A DNA stretch of 64,000 nt from an uncultured Candidatus Binatia bacterium (GCA_965218425.1 OZ244621.1:800001-864000), one strand, 5' to 3'. Positions 9,527 to 18,521 are shown, counted from the stretch's first letter. Numbers and translations are program-made. The notes: generated by a model from the sequence alone, not told the origin.

Positions 9527-9903
9527 TCCGGGATCTGGCGCTTCTCGAAATCGTCTCCCGTCCGGGAAAGATGATCGTGGCTCCTCTCGGATCTACCGCA
9601 AACCTCAGGTCAGGCCATGAGGTGTTTTCTGTTACCCACCCCAGAGGCTCGCTATGGAGTTACTCCGAAGGGACCGTTAGTCAGGTCAACCCGAGTCACG
9701 AGTGGGTGAGAGGAATGGGCATCGTCCACCGAGCCGATACAATTCAGACACAAGCCGTGAGTCAAAACGGGAGTTCTGGCGATCCCTTATTTGACGATAA
9801 CGGACAATTTATTGGAGTACTGGTTGGGGGAACTGTTGACGAGCCGAATTTCGCCATGTCCATCGATGAAATCCGCGATTTTGTATTTTCCTCTCTGCAT
9901 TGA
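9527..9903 (+). pseudogene. C-terminal fragment of a trypsin-like (S1C/HtrA-like) serine protease
   Basis: PDLALLEI...LG..G.EV..HPRG..WS.SEG.VS...IQTQA...GSSGDPLFDDNGQFIGV; the catalytic-His region is missing. Confidence 0.65.
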
Positions 9904-10027
9904 AGCAGTTTAGGCCACCGCTGAGGGTTCACCACCAGCCGCAGAACTATCCCGCCTAACGGACGGCAACCCCACTGGTAGAGACAACTCGAACGCGTTT
10001 GTTAGTTGGGAAATGGGTTCGAAAGCC

Positions 10028-10309
10028 TTAGAGGGGCTTAAAAAAATGGATCAATGAGGCCAGGATGAATGAACCGATGTATACGGCAATGAGGTCGAAA
10101 ATCAAACGAAACCGGTGCACATGATCAAATACCGAGTCGAGCCCAAGGTAAAGAATAGCAAACCGGCCCATGAACGACCCAATTAGGCCAATGGCCGGGA
10201 AAAACGCCAGGTGACCATCATGCCCAATTTCGACTGTTTTACTGGCCAGCAACCCGGTTAAGAGACCAAATACGATGGTAACTAAGAGCTGATCCCGAAA
10301 ATAAAAAAT
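10028..10309 (-). CDS. GlsB/YeaQ/YmgE (transglycosylase-associated)-like small membrane protein; start uncertain
   Basis: The frame extends upstream of the TTG at 10252 (QLLVTIVFGLLTGLLASK...IGLIGSFMG...AVYIGSFIL), matching the three-helix Gly-rich pattern; no ATG. Confidence 0.5.
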   Translation of the reverse strand: MFYFRDQLLVTIVFGLLTGLLASKTVEIGHDGHLAFFPAIGLIGSFMGRFAILYLGLDSVFDHVHRFRLIFDLIAVYIGSFILASLIHFFKPL

Positions 10310-10333
10310 TACCTCCGCAGCCGTTTCCCTGGT

Positions 10334-10966
10334 CTACCCTCCCATTGCCCTGACCATCTCTTCAGCCGCCGCTCGTGGATAAGGCGCTGAAATTATTGCT
10401 GAAATGAACGATACTCCTCGTGTACCCGTGGCTCTTAGCTCGGCAATATTATCCGCCTTGATACCTCCTATGGAATAAACAGGAATGGAAATTTTTTCCA
10501 CCACTTTTTTTAGCGGGCCCAGCCCCCTGGGGTCCCCATAGGGTGCCTTGGAGGGGGTAAAATAGACCGGTCCAAAAACGAGAAAATCCGCTCCGGCCTG
10601 CTCCGACGCTTCGGCTTCAGCTAAAGAATGGGTGGATACCCCGATCAGCTTGTGGTCACCAATGAGCCCTCTGGCGGTCTGGACGGGTATGGAAGCCCCT
10701 CCCAGATGCACGCCATCCGCATCCACAGCCATGGCCACATCCACACGATCGTTAATCAGAAGGCTCGCGTGATGCGCATCGCATAGGACTTTTACCTTTT
10801 CAGCGAGGTAAAACAGGTCCCCACCACCCAGATCCTTCTCCCTGAGTTGAATTCCCTTTACCCCCCCTTGGAGGGCCTGTTCCAAAACCCAGAGGAGGCC
10901 GCGACCTGAGGTCAGCTTCCTATCCGTGACAAGGTAAAGATCAAATTTAGGGGAGCGCGACTGCAA
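10334..10966 (-). CDS. thiE: Thiamine-phosphate synthase
   Basis: LYLVTD, IQLREK, INDRVDVA, DGVHLG, GVSTH, GPVYFTPSK, IGGI. Confidence 0.96.
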   Translation of the reverse strand: MQSRSPKFDLYLVTDRKLTSGRGLLWVLEQALQGGVKGIQLREKDLGGGDLFYLAEKVKVLCDAHHASLLINDRVDVAMAVDADGVHLGGASIPVQTARGLIGDHKLIGVSTHSLAEAEASEQAGADFLVFGPVYFTPSKAPYGDPRGLGPLKKVVEKISIPVYSIGGIKADNIAELRATGTRGVSFISAIISAPYPRAAAEEMVRAMGG

Positions 10967-10970
10967 GGTA

Positions 10971-11744
10971 TTAGGCCAAGACTCCGGCTAAGGGGCTGGA
11001 GGCGGTAGCGTAGAGTTTTTTCGGTATACGCCCTGCCTTAAACGCTTTGCGTCCCGCCTCTATTCCTAGCTTCATTGCTTCCGCCATGAGCAAAGGATCT
11101 TTGGCTCCAGCAATGGCCGAATTCATCAACACCGCATCGCACCCCATCTCCATAGCAATAGAGGCGTCAGAGGCGGTTCCCACGCCGGCATCCACAATCA
11201 CAGGAACCGTAGCCTGTTCTAGAATGATTTGGATGTTATAGGGATTGCGAATTCCGAGACCTGATCCGATGGGTGCGGCCAATGGCATTACCGCGGCACA
11301 TCCCATCTCTTGAAGCTTTTTGGCCGTAACAGGTTCATCGCTGATATAGGGCAAGACGATGAATCCTTCTTCGATCAGGACCCGCGCCGCCTCAAGGGTT
11401 GCCGGGATATCCGGAAAAAGGGTCTTTTCGTCCCCGATCACCTCCAGCTTCACCATGTTCCCCACCCCAGCCTCGCGAGCCAAACGGCAGGTTCGAATTG
11501 CCTCATCAGCGTTATAGCACCCTGCCGTGTTTGGCAGGATCGTGTATTTTTTTGGATCCACAAAGTCGAGAAGGTTCTCATTGGCAGGGTCCGTGATATT
11601 GACCCGACGGACGGCCACCGTAACGATCTCTGCGCCTGACGCCTCGATGGCTCTCCGGGTCTCGTGAAAGTCTTTGTACTTACCAGTCCCTACGATAAGA
11701 CGCGAACGGTAGCTTTTTCCTGCAAGCTCGAAATGATCCTCCAT
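10971..11744 (-). CDS. thiG: Thiazole synthase
   Basis: [47 protein letters not shown]. Confidence 0.98.
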   Translation of the reverse strand: MEDHFELAGKSYRSRLIVGTGKYKDFHETRRAIEASGAEIVTVAVRRVNITDPANENLLDFVDPKKYTILPNTAGCYNADEAIRTCRLAREAGVGNMVKLEVIGDEKTLFPDIPATLEAARVLIEEGFIVLPYISDEPVTAKKLQEMGCAAVMPLAAPIGSGLGIRNPYNIQIILEQATVPVIVDAGVGTASDASIAMEMGCDAVLMNSAIAGAKDPLLMAEAMKLGIEAGRKAFKAGRIPKKLYATASSPLAGVLA

Positions 11745-11828
11745 TGCTCTCCCCTTTTATTAGCCTGTGGAACCGCTTCTCTGCCGCGACCGAAACAATT
11801 GGGACATTAAGTTTATATCCCCGTCTTG

Positions 11829-12029
11829 CTATCCTCCACCAACGAAGTGGACGATCTCAAGCGAGTCTCCTTCTTTTAAAACCGTGGCGCTGTGGGCATC
11901 ACGCGGCAGAATGTCTCGATTCAGCTCCACCACCACCCGCCCGGGACGGATCCCCAGATGATCGAGCAATTGCGACACATTGAGCCCAACTCCCACTTCT
12001 TTCTCTTCTCCATTAATGCGAACGATCAC
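11829..12029 (-). CDS. thiS: Sulfur carrier protein ThiS
   Basis: 66 aa, ING...VVELN...GD.LEIVHFVGGG with C-terminal GG; upstream of thiG. Confidence 0.96.
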   Translation of the reverse strand: MIVRINGEEKEVGVGLNVSQLLDHLGIRPGRVVVELNRDILPRDAHSATVLKEGDSLEIVHFVGGG

Positions 12030-12124
12030 TGATTAAATGAAGCCTCCACAGACTAACACCGGGAGTATCCCTCATTTCTTCGGCGATACCCGCCAAAGGG
12101 GCTCCATGGGCTGCGAAAGCGGAT

Positions 12125-12176
12125 AAAAAAAACCGTACCCAACCGGACCACTTTTACTGCGGTCAGAGAATACGGT
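12125..12176 (-). terminator. Intrinsic terminator (riboswitch expression platform)
   Basis: On the minus strand ACCGTATTC...GGGTACGGT stem with an inner GACCGC/GTGGTC stem, followed by a T run, between the TPP aptamer and thiS. Confidence 0.7.
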
Positions 12177-12227
12177 CTTGAATTCGCCCCGTACCAACAG
12201 GATTCTTATGACGGGACGAAAACTTTC

Positions 12228-12325
12228 GCGCTTCCCTACGCCGGTACTATCCGGATCAGGTTCAAAGGGTTACCCAAAACGTCGGCTTCGGGCTCTCAGT
12301 TCGGTTTCCGCGAACACCCCCAGCT
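12228..12325 (-). promoter_or_regulatory. TPP riboswitch (THI element)
   Basis: Minus strand GGGGTG...CTGAGA...ACCCTTTGAACCTGATCCGGATAGTACCGGCGTAGGGAAG, upstream of thiSGE. Confidence 0.97.
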
Positions 12326-12356
12326 TGTCCACGACTATCAGAAGGATAGGAGCAAG

Positions 12357-13211
12357 TCAATCTAAGTCCTGCACCACTGCCACGCTGGCATAGCCCACCA
12401 CCCGGTTCATGGGAGCCACATGGCCCGAATGGCAGTGCTTGAGCAATTGTGCGCCCTTGGCACCCAGGGTTCGTGCCGCAACCAACAACGCTGTGGTGGG
12501 GAATACACCGCACATGCTGATGTCTGCCCTTTGCACGGTATTGAGCAAACCCAAGGGTTCCAAACTCAGGACCTGTTCCACGGCCAGGCGATCAAGCCTC
12601 TCAGTCTCCTTGGGCGGAAGGTAATGACTGAGATCGCTGCTCGCAATTAGAACCGTTCTCTTCCCCTTTGTTGCTTCCGATTCGCACATGTGAGCGATCA
12701 CCTGTCCAAGATAAATGCACTCTTGCTCGGAGAGATGAGAGATAGAAACTGGAAGGAAAGAGAATTTTCCCAGGACCCTTTGAAGAAAGGGAATTTGAAC
12801 TTCGATACTGTGTTCCTGACGGTGGGCACGTTCATCCTCGACTAAAAAGGGGATCTGGTCCTTTAATATTTCTCCTAGCCCACGATCCACCCTAACCCGA
12901 CCCAGGGGAGTCTCCCAATAATCAGCAGGACTGAGCGCCACCTTGGCGCCTTCCCCTCGATGATTGACCCCCATGAGGACAACGCTGTCAATATCTTTAT
13001 CCAGACTGGAATAAAAATGGGCGGCACAAGCACCCGAGTATACGTATCCGGCATGGGGAACCATACCGCCCAGCAGAGACGGAGTGGGGGACTCCGCTCC
13101 TCGAGGCCCGAGAGGATGAGTTACAAAACACTCCTCAAGCAGTCGGGTCAGCTCGTTGGCCTCTCGCGGGTAAAATGAACCAGCGACGGCGGGACGCCTC
13201 ACATGCTCCAT
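12357..13211 (-). CDS. amrB: AmmeMemoRadiSam system protein B (MEMO1 family)
   Basis: RRPAVAGSFYP, PHAGYVYSG, WETPLG, EHSIEVQIPFLQ, ASSDLSHY, SMCG, VVGYAS. Confidence 0.93.
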   Translation of the reverse strand: MEHVRRPAVAGSFYPREANELTRLLEECFVTHPLGPRGAESPTPSLLGGMVPHAGYVYSGACAAHFYSSLDKDIDSVVLMGVNHRGEGAKVALSPADYWETPLGRVRVDRGLGEILKDQIPFLVEDERAHRQEHSIEVQIPFLQRVLGKFSFLPVSISHLSEQECIYLGQVIAHMCESEATKGKRTVLIASSDLSHYLPPKETERLDRLAVEQVLSLEPLGLLNTVQRADISMCGVFPTTALLVAARTLGAKGAQLLKHCHSGHVAPMNRVVGYASVAVVQDLD

Positions 13212-13216
13212 GGTTC

Positions 13217-14161
13217 TTAAGGAAGTGCTATCTCAACTTGAAGGACGCCTATGTCCTGGACCTCCGCCTCCACTCGATCGCCGGGCTTTAGATACACCGG
13301 CGGAGTACGCGCAAACCCAACGCCTGAGGGTGTCCCGGTGCTAATGATATCTCCCGGTTCCAAGGTCATTCCCTTGGAAAGCTCTGCAATCGTTGTCGGG
13401 ATGTCGAAGATCATGTCCCGGGTGCTGGCGTCCTGCATGACTTCTCCATTTAACCGGCAACCAATTCGTAGTTCATGTGGATCGGCCATGGCACTCTTAT
13501 GCAAAATCCACGGCCCCAAGGGACAGAAGGTATCCAGCGATTTTCCTTTAAACCACTGGCCATGCTTGCGCTGTAGGTCCCGTGCCGTCATATCAAGGCA
13601 GATGGTATAACCGAAAACAAAATCATAGGCCTTTTCCCTGGGAATATTTCTTCCTCTTCGACCCATCACCACCGCTAATTCCGCCTCATAATCGAGACAT
13701 TCAGTGGCCTTATGTTGCAGCACCTTTCCAAGGTGCCCTATTACCGCAGTGGCGGGTTTGGTGAAGTAGACTGGGGCTTCAGGAGTCGTGAACTCCACTG
13801 CCCGGGCCTTGGCACCCTCCGCAATATGTTCTTGGTAATTAACCCCTAACATGAAAACGTTCTTTCTCGGCCGTGGGATGGGGGAGAGGAGCTTCGTTCG
13901 AGCCGGATCCAATAGCGTCCCCTGGCGACTCAGTTTCCTTAAGCCCTCAGGGTTTTGTTTCTCAACATAACCGAGAACTTTTCTTGCGGTGCTTAGAGCC
14001 TTGCCACCTCCCTCCAGGAATGCCTGCACTGAGGTCAAATAAGACGGTTGACCTGCCCTCAGGTAACGTCCATTGACCTCGGCGAGATCCACAATACAAT
14101 GGCCATCGGTTAAAACGCCTATCCGTTCTTGGTTCTTCCGAGAAAAGGTGACAAGTCGCAT
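13217..14161 (-). CDS. Fumarylacetoacetate hydrolase family protein
   Basis: Start MRLVTF with SD GGAGG; GVNY..H, FTK, DYEAEL, DMTARDLQ, WFKGKS.DTFCPLGP, TGTPSGVG. Confidence 0.93.
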   Translation of the reverse strand: MRLVTFSRKNQERIGVLTDGHCIVDLAEVNGRYLRAGQPSYLTSVQAFLEGGGKALSTARKVLGYVEKQNPEGLRKLSRQGTLLDPARTKLLSPIPRPRKNVFMLGVNYQEHIAEGAKARAVEFTTPEAPVYFTKPATAVIGHLGKVLQHKATECLDYEAELAVVMGRRGRNIPREKAYDFVFGYTICLDMTARDLQRKHGQWFKGKSLDTFCPLGPWILHKSAMADPHELRIGCRLNGEVMQDASTRDMIFDIPTTIAELSKGMTLEPGDIISTGTPSGVGFARTPPVYLKPGDRVEAEVQDIGVLQVEIALP

Positions 14162-14185
14162 GCTTCCTCCCAACAAACTGCATCA

Positions 14186-14214
14186 GCTATAAGAAATGGC
14201 CTTGGGGATGTCAA
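14186..14214 (-). promoter_or_regulatory. sigma70 promoter for the FAH-amrB pair
   Basis: Minus strand TTGACA-N17-TATAGC. Confidence 0.65.
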
Positions 14215-14259
14215 GGATGGGTGCTGACATTTTAGCGGGTAAATATCATCTGTTTAAAA

Positions 14260-14288
14260 TTGCATGATGATGCCTGTGATGCTAATTT
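14260..14288 (+). promoter_or_regulatory. sigma70 promoter, leaderless configuration
   Basis: TTGCAT-N17-(TGn)TAATTT, 6 nt before ATG 14295. Confidence 0.55.
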
Positions 14289-14294
14289 TAACCA

Positions 14295-14525
14295 ATGAAG
14301 AAGGGTCGCAGAGAGACGCGGACCGCCATGCAAGTGGGTGACCGAGTTCTGATTAACCGACCGATTCGCAAAGAGATTTTCGTAGTGGCTCGGGTGGACA
14401 TTCCCCATTCAAGTGAAAGGGTCTTCGTAACCAGATCGGGGGGCGACTTCACCATCGGCTTCAAGATGTGGAAAGCCGACTATGCATGGAATCATGAGAG
14501 CAAAATGTGGACTGCAAAGCGCTGA
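14295..14525 (+). CDS. Small basic hypothetical protein (possible SH3/KOW-like beta barrel)
   Basis: MQVGDRVLI pattern and alternating beta-strand composition; has its own promoter. Confidence 0.6.
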   Translation: MKKGRRETRTAMQVGDRVLINRPIRKEIFVVARVDIPHSSERVFVTRSGGDFTIGFKMWKADYAWNHESKMWTAKR

Positions 14526-14655
14526 CCCCTGTCCCGCCATCCTTGAATGTGCCGACCTTTGAGTCCTACCCTTGAGATCCAGAGGGGCCTTGCGTACCAC
14601 ATGGCCAGGGAGCAGATCGGGACAGCATCGCAAACCAGCAGAGTTTTGGCTAGAC

Positions 14656-16020
14656 ATGAAGCGCAATATTGAAGACCTCTTGTCTGAGATCACTAAGGGG
14701 AACGGACCCTCATTGATGGTGCTCCATGGGGACGATCTACACGTTCACGAGGCCACCAAGAAGATCCTCGATCTTGTGGTCCCCCCGCACCAGCGGTCCC
14801 TGAACTTGGAACGCTTCGATGGTCGTTCCACCCCCTGGGATCACATCGAAACCGCGCTGCGAACTCCATCGCTGTTCACCGGCAGAAAGACCGTTTGGAT
14901 CGAGAATGCCCCCTATTTTCTCTCCCGGGAACGAAAGGGAGACCTAGTCGAGAGAGTGCTCCAACTCTGGGTCGATGACAAAAAAGATGAGGCCGCCCGT
15001 CTATTCTTGGATTTCCTGGCCCTGGAAGGTTGGTCCCAAGAACAACTGGACAAGACCCTTCCATCCACGGATTCGCCGGTCGGTGCGCTATTGGGTACGG
15101 GAACAGAAGGAAACGATAAAGAATTGGCGGCTGTGTTGGCCTTTGCCCGTGACCGAGGCATGGATCTGGGTCACCACCAAACTGGGCAGAGTAAGGGACT
15201 CTCTGATTTTATTGAGAATGGACTTCCCCCTTGGGCAATCCTGTTGATCTCGGCCTCTCACGTGGATAAAAGGATCCGTCTCTATCGAAGGTTGGAGCAA
15301 GAAGGGGTGATCCTGGACCTGAGTATCGAACGGGAGAGAAGCGGTAGAATCAAACGAGAGACTCTGACAGAACTTGTGGACCGGCGTGTCAAAGAAGCAG
15401 GGAAAAAGATGGAACCTCTGGCGAGAAACATGATCCTGGCCCGTGCGGGAGATGAACTTTGGAGCGTCCATCAGGAAATGGAGAAACTCCTTATCTATGT
15501 GGGAGACAGGCCCACCCTCACCGCTCGAGACGTGGACGAGGTTTTTTTAGATCAGGCGGGATCCTGGGTCTTTGACCTAACCGCTGCAATTGCCCAAAGA
15601 AACGGCCTGGAGGCACTGGCCCATTTAAGACGCCTTCTCTTTCAAGGCGAACCCCCTCTGAGACTCTTGGGAACCATTGCTGGTGACGTACGCCGGCTTC
15701 TGGCGGCGCGAAACCTCATGGACGGTGAACTACGCCAGAGGTGGAGGAGTGGGATGACCTTCCAGGAGTTTCAGAGAAACGTGCTAGGGAAGAGGGGCCC
15801 CTTCCTAATGCAAAACCCCTATGGAGACTACATGAGCTTCCAACGGGCAGACCCTTTCGCCACACAGGAGTTGGTACGCTACTTGCACTTGATCTACCTA
15901 ACCGACATCAAGTTAAAATCCACCGGCAAGCCAGCCCGAATGGTTATGGAGAACCTTATCTTGGAAATGTGCCAAGGAAAGACTGAAGGGGCCCAAGGGA
16001 TTGAAGACACCAGGCAATAG
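14656..16020 (+). CDS. holA: DNA polymerase III delta subunit (long form)
   Basis: LHGDD, NLERFDG, TPSLF, VDKR.RLY, EMEKLLIYVG, VFDL..AI, D.KLKST...E.L; start MKRNIE at 14656. Confidence 0.85.
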   Translation: MKRNIEDLLSEITKGNGPSLMVLHGDDLHVHEATKKILDLVVPPHQRSLNLERFDGRSTPWDHIETALRTPSLFTGRKTVWIENAPYFLSRERKGDLVERVLQLWVDDKKDEAARLFLDFLALEGWSQEQLDKTLPSTDSPVGALLGTGTEGNDKELAAVLAFARDRGMDLGHHQTGQSKGLSDFIENGLPPWAILLISASHVDKRIRLYRRLEQEGVILDLSIERERSGRIKRETLTELVDRRVKEAGKKMEPLARNMILARAGDELWSVHQEMEKLLIYVGDRPTLTARDVDEVFLDQAGSWVFDLTAAIAQRNGLEALAHLRRLLFQGEPPLRLLGTIAGDVRRLLAARNLMDGELRQRWRSGMTFQEFQRNVLGKRGPFLMQNPYGDYMSFQRADPFATQELVRYLHLIYLTDIKLKSTGKPARMVMENLILEMCQGKTEGAQGIEDTRQ

Positions 16021-16567
16021 TTCAAGAGGAAAGCTCTTCTTCACCCTCTTAGTCGCACTTTGCATCATCCATTTTCCTTTTGCACTTTCCAACAGTTGGG
16101 CGGGAATCGTCGTTCGAACCTGTTTTAGCCCCCAGGGCAAATGTTCCAGCCACATTATTCGAGAGCTCCGGGGAGCCGAACGGGAGATTTTAATAGCGGT
16201 CTACGCCTTTACCAGCAGAGAAATTGCTTGGGCACTGCTCCAAGCCAAGCAACGTGGCATCCATGTTCTTGTGCTCTTGGACAAAAAGTTTGATCGGGAA
16301 AGCGGATTTTCCAAAGGGGCCTTTCTAAAAAAACAAGGGCTCGATGTCCGTCGAACTTCAGGGCTGAGCAAGGGGGACAACAAACGGGGCCTCATGCACC
16401 AGAAATTTGCCGTCATCGACGGCCGAATCGTTCTCACCGGCTCCTATAATTGGACGGCCTCAGCGGAAAGATACAACCACGAGGACCTTCTAATGTTCCA
16501 AGACGCCGGACCCCTGGCTAATGAGTATCGGCAACAGTTTTTTCGTCTTTGGAAAAAAGGCCGATGA
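16001..16567 (+). CDS. Secreted phospholipase D-family (Nuc-like, single HKD) nuclease
   Basis: Signal peptide ending SWA; FSP, IAVYAFT, MHQKFAVIDG, TGSYNWT.SA...N.E. Confidence 0.88.
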   Translation: MKTPGNSSRGKLFFTLLVALCIIHFPFALSNSWAGIVVRTCFSPQGKCSSHIIRELRGAEREILIAVYAFTSREIAWALLQAKQRGIHVLVLLDKKFDRESGFSKGAFLKKQGLDVRRTSGLSKGDNKRGLMHQKFAVIDGRIVLTGSYNWTASAERYNHEDLLMFQDAGPLANEYRQQFFRLWKKGR

Positions 16568-17043
16568 GAGGGTTTTCCCTTACAACCATCCTCATGGTCA
16601 TGGCCGCCTTCGCTGCGGGATTTTCCACTCACTTTCTCTACGAGCGTTGGGTCCATCTCCCCAATGAAAACCAGGGGTACCCGGTAACCTATTCCCCCTT
16701 ACCTCCCACGACCCCAAGGGAAGCGAACATTCCACGGTTTGACGCGGCCAACGTTAAAAAGATCCGGTCCCATGCGGGAAACCGAGCGAGGATTCGTGGG
16801 AGAATTTACCGGGTGGGGCATTCCACCAAGAGCAACACCTATTTTCTCAACTTCGGTCCTTCGCGGGATTCTTTTACCGGAGTCATCTTCGCATCGGCAT
16901 TGGAACGTTTCGCGCAACGAAAGATCCATCCAACCAACTATGAAGGCAAGAACGTCGAGTTCACAGGACAAATTAAGAACCACCCAAGATTCGGCCTGGA
17001 AATGATTCTCGAGGATCCCTCACAAATAGAGCTACTAGACTAA
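16564..17043 (+). CDS. Membrane-anchored hypothetical protein with predicted OB-fold
   Basis: N-terminal TM helix, Pro-rich linker, then G.I..V......YFLNFG....FTGVIF...YEGK.V..TG.I......EMILEDP.QI pattern; ATGA overlap with the PLD gene. Confidence 0.7.
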   Translation: MRGFSLTTILMVMAAFAAGFSTHFLYERWVHLPNENQGYPVTYSPLPPTTPREANIPRFDAANVKKIRSHAGNRARIRGRIYRVGHSTKSNTYFLNFGPSRDSFTGVIFASALERFAQRKIHPTNYEGKNVEFTGQIKNHPRFGLEMILEDPSQIELLD

Positions 17044-17094
17044 CCTAAATTTGAAGGGTTGTAGCCGGTCTTGGTTTTGGAGTAAACTTTTCTC

Positions 17095-17283
17095 ATGGAA
17101 CCTGAAAAAAAGAGATGCATGGTTTGTGCAAAGCTGAGGGAACTCAGGGGGGGTATCTGCGAGCTCTGCCATGAACAGATCCGCCGGGAGGCCCAGGGCG
17201 ATCAGGCGAACATCCGGACCAATGCAGAAAAAGAGCTAAAAAAGCACGGGGTGACACCGGATCGCGGGAAAGGCGAAAAATAG
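17095..17283 (+). CDS. Small zinc-finger-like hypothetical protein
   Basis: CMVC-x10-CELC followed by a charged helix; TAAACT -10 box 6 nt before the ATG. Confidence 0.65.
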   Translation: MEPEKKRCMVCAKLRELRGGICELCHEQIRREAQGDQANIRTNAEKELKKHGVTPDRGKGEK

Positions 17284-17307
17284 CAATTCCTATTTTGGAA
17301 GGCGACC

Positions 17308-17793
17308 ATGAGGGAAAAAGAAAATATAGAAAAGGCAAAGCAACTCTTTCGCGAGGCCTATCACCGTCAATCGGAGGGGGAATTGGATGCTGCCGTGCGT
17401 CTGTATAGAGAGTCCATCCATCTTCATCCCACCGCCGAGGCCTACACCTTCTTAGGCTGGACCTACAGTTTCCTGGGAAGGTACGAGGATGCCATAGAGG
17501 AATGCAAGAAGGCCATAGACACGGATCCGGAATTTGGCAATCCCTACAACGACATCGGGGCTTACCTGATCAACCTGGGTCAGCTGGACGAGGCGATACC
17601 TTGGCTTGAAAAGGCGTCTAGTGCCCCTCGGTATGAATCCTATCATTATCCCCATTGCAATCTCGGACGTGTATACATGACCAAGGGCATGTTAAAAAAA
17701 GCCTTGGAAGAATTTGAAAGAGCACTCACCATCGAGCCTAATTATTTATTTGCCCGCCAAGCACTGGAGGCCATTCACCAACGGCTCCAATAA
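17308..17793 (+). CDS. Tetratricopeptide repeat protein
   Basis: Tandem TPRs (AEAYTFLGW, GNPYNDIGAY, PHCNLGRVY, ALTIEP). Confidence 0.9.
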   Translation: MREKENIEKAKQLFREAYHRQSEGELDAAVRLYRESIHLHPTAEAYTFLGWTYSFLGRYEDAIEECKKAIDTDPEFGNPYNDIGAYLINLGQLDEAIPWLEKASSAPRYESYHYPHCNLGRVYMTKGMLKKALEEFERALTIEPNYLFARQALEAIHQRLQ

Positions 17794-17855
17794 TGAAAAT
17801 CCCAATCCGTTAACCTCCACAGATTAGCCATTCAGAATCCTTTTGGGCCCACACC

Positions 17856-18437
17856 ATGGAAGGCGATCCGCGCCATTTCGAATCTTTTATCAGCCGACTC
17901 GGTTTTCGAATCCATCAGGATCACGCCCACGTTATTCATCTGGTTTGGCGTGGCGCCCTCTATCCAGGTTTCCTTTGCCTTGGACTGTCTCTGGCCCTCT
18001 TATTTCTTTCCGTTCCGGTACTTCAAGCCATCCTCATTAAGGAAACGGATGGTTCAGCCATGTCCCTTTGGTATTTTCCTGCCATGAACCTGATCCTATT
18101 CTCTGTGGCGATTTTCCTCCTTAGCCTCAGCCGAACCGCCGTCATCGACCAACGGTCAAAGCGCGTCCTTTTGTCAAAGCGGAGCATTTTAAAGCGGAGA
18201 GACCTGGTTGTGGACTTCGGCGAGATCGTCGCCTTGAGGGTAGGGACCGACATGGTCTACAGCGGTCTCGCCGTTGCCGGTTCAACTATGGGTCAAAACC
18301 GATTCCCCGCCGCTTCCCTGCGCCTCGCCCTCAAAGGCGGAGGAACCGTCCTCTTGGATCGGGGTTCAAAACAAAGAATTGATGATCTCGCCCATCGCAT
18401 CAATCGCCTTTTAGACAAACCCATCACTAACAGCTGA
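17856..18437 (+). CDS. Hypothetical membrane protein (2 TM + possible PH-like soluble domain)
   Basis: Two hydrophobic helices followed by a beta-rich domain; fills the gene slot on the + strand. Confidence 0.7.
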   Translation: MEGDPRHFESFISRLGFRIHQDHAHVIHLVWRGALYPGFLCLGLSLALLFLSVPVLQAILIKETDGSAMSLWYFPAMNLILFSVAIFLLSLSRTAVIDQRSKRVLLSKRSILKRRDLVVDFGEIVALRVGTDMVYSGLAVAGSTMGQNRFPAASLRLALKGGGTVLLDRGSKQRIDDLAHRINRLLDKPITNS

Positions 18438-18521
18438 AGAAAAACCTACACATCAACTTAGAACTGTGATATACATGAAGTTTATTCTGCCCAGTGTTTT
18501 ATTTTTTTAGGATGGCCACCC

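Noticed and set aside
8727..10007. attC-like motifs (AGATAAC at 8727; GCCTAAC 9954 ... GTTAGTT 10001) suggesting integron cassettes
   Set aside because: The first has no partner R' box. The second spans only 54 nt with no clear L boxes. There is no intI and no regular cassette array.
17158..17172. CxxCH (CELCH) heme-binding motif in the 62-aa ORF
   Set aside because: No signal peptide, and a second CxxC is present; a zinc finger is more parsimonious.
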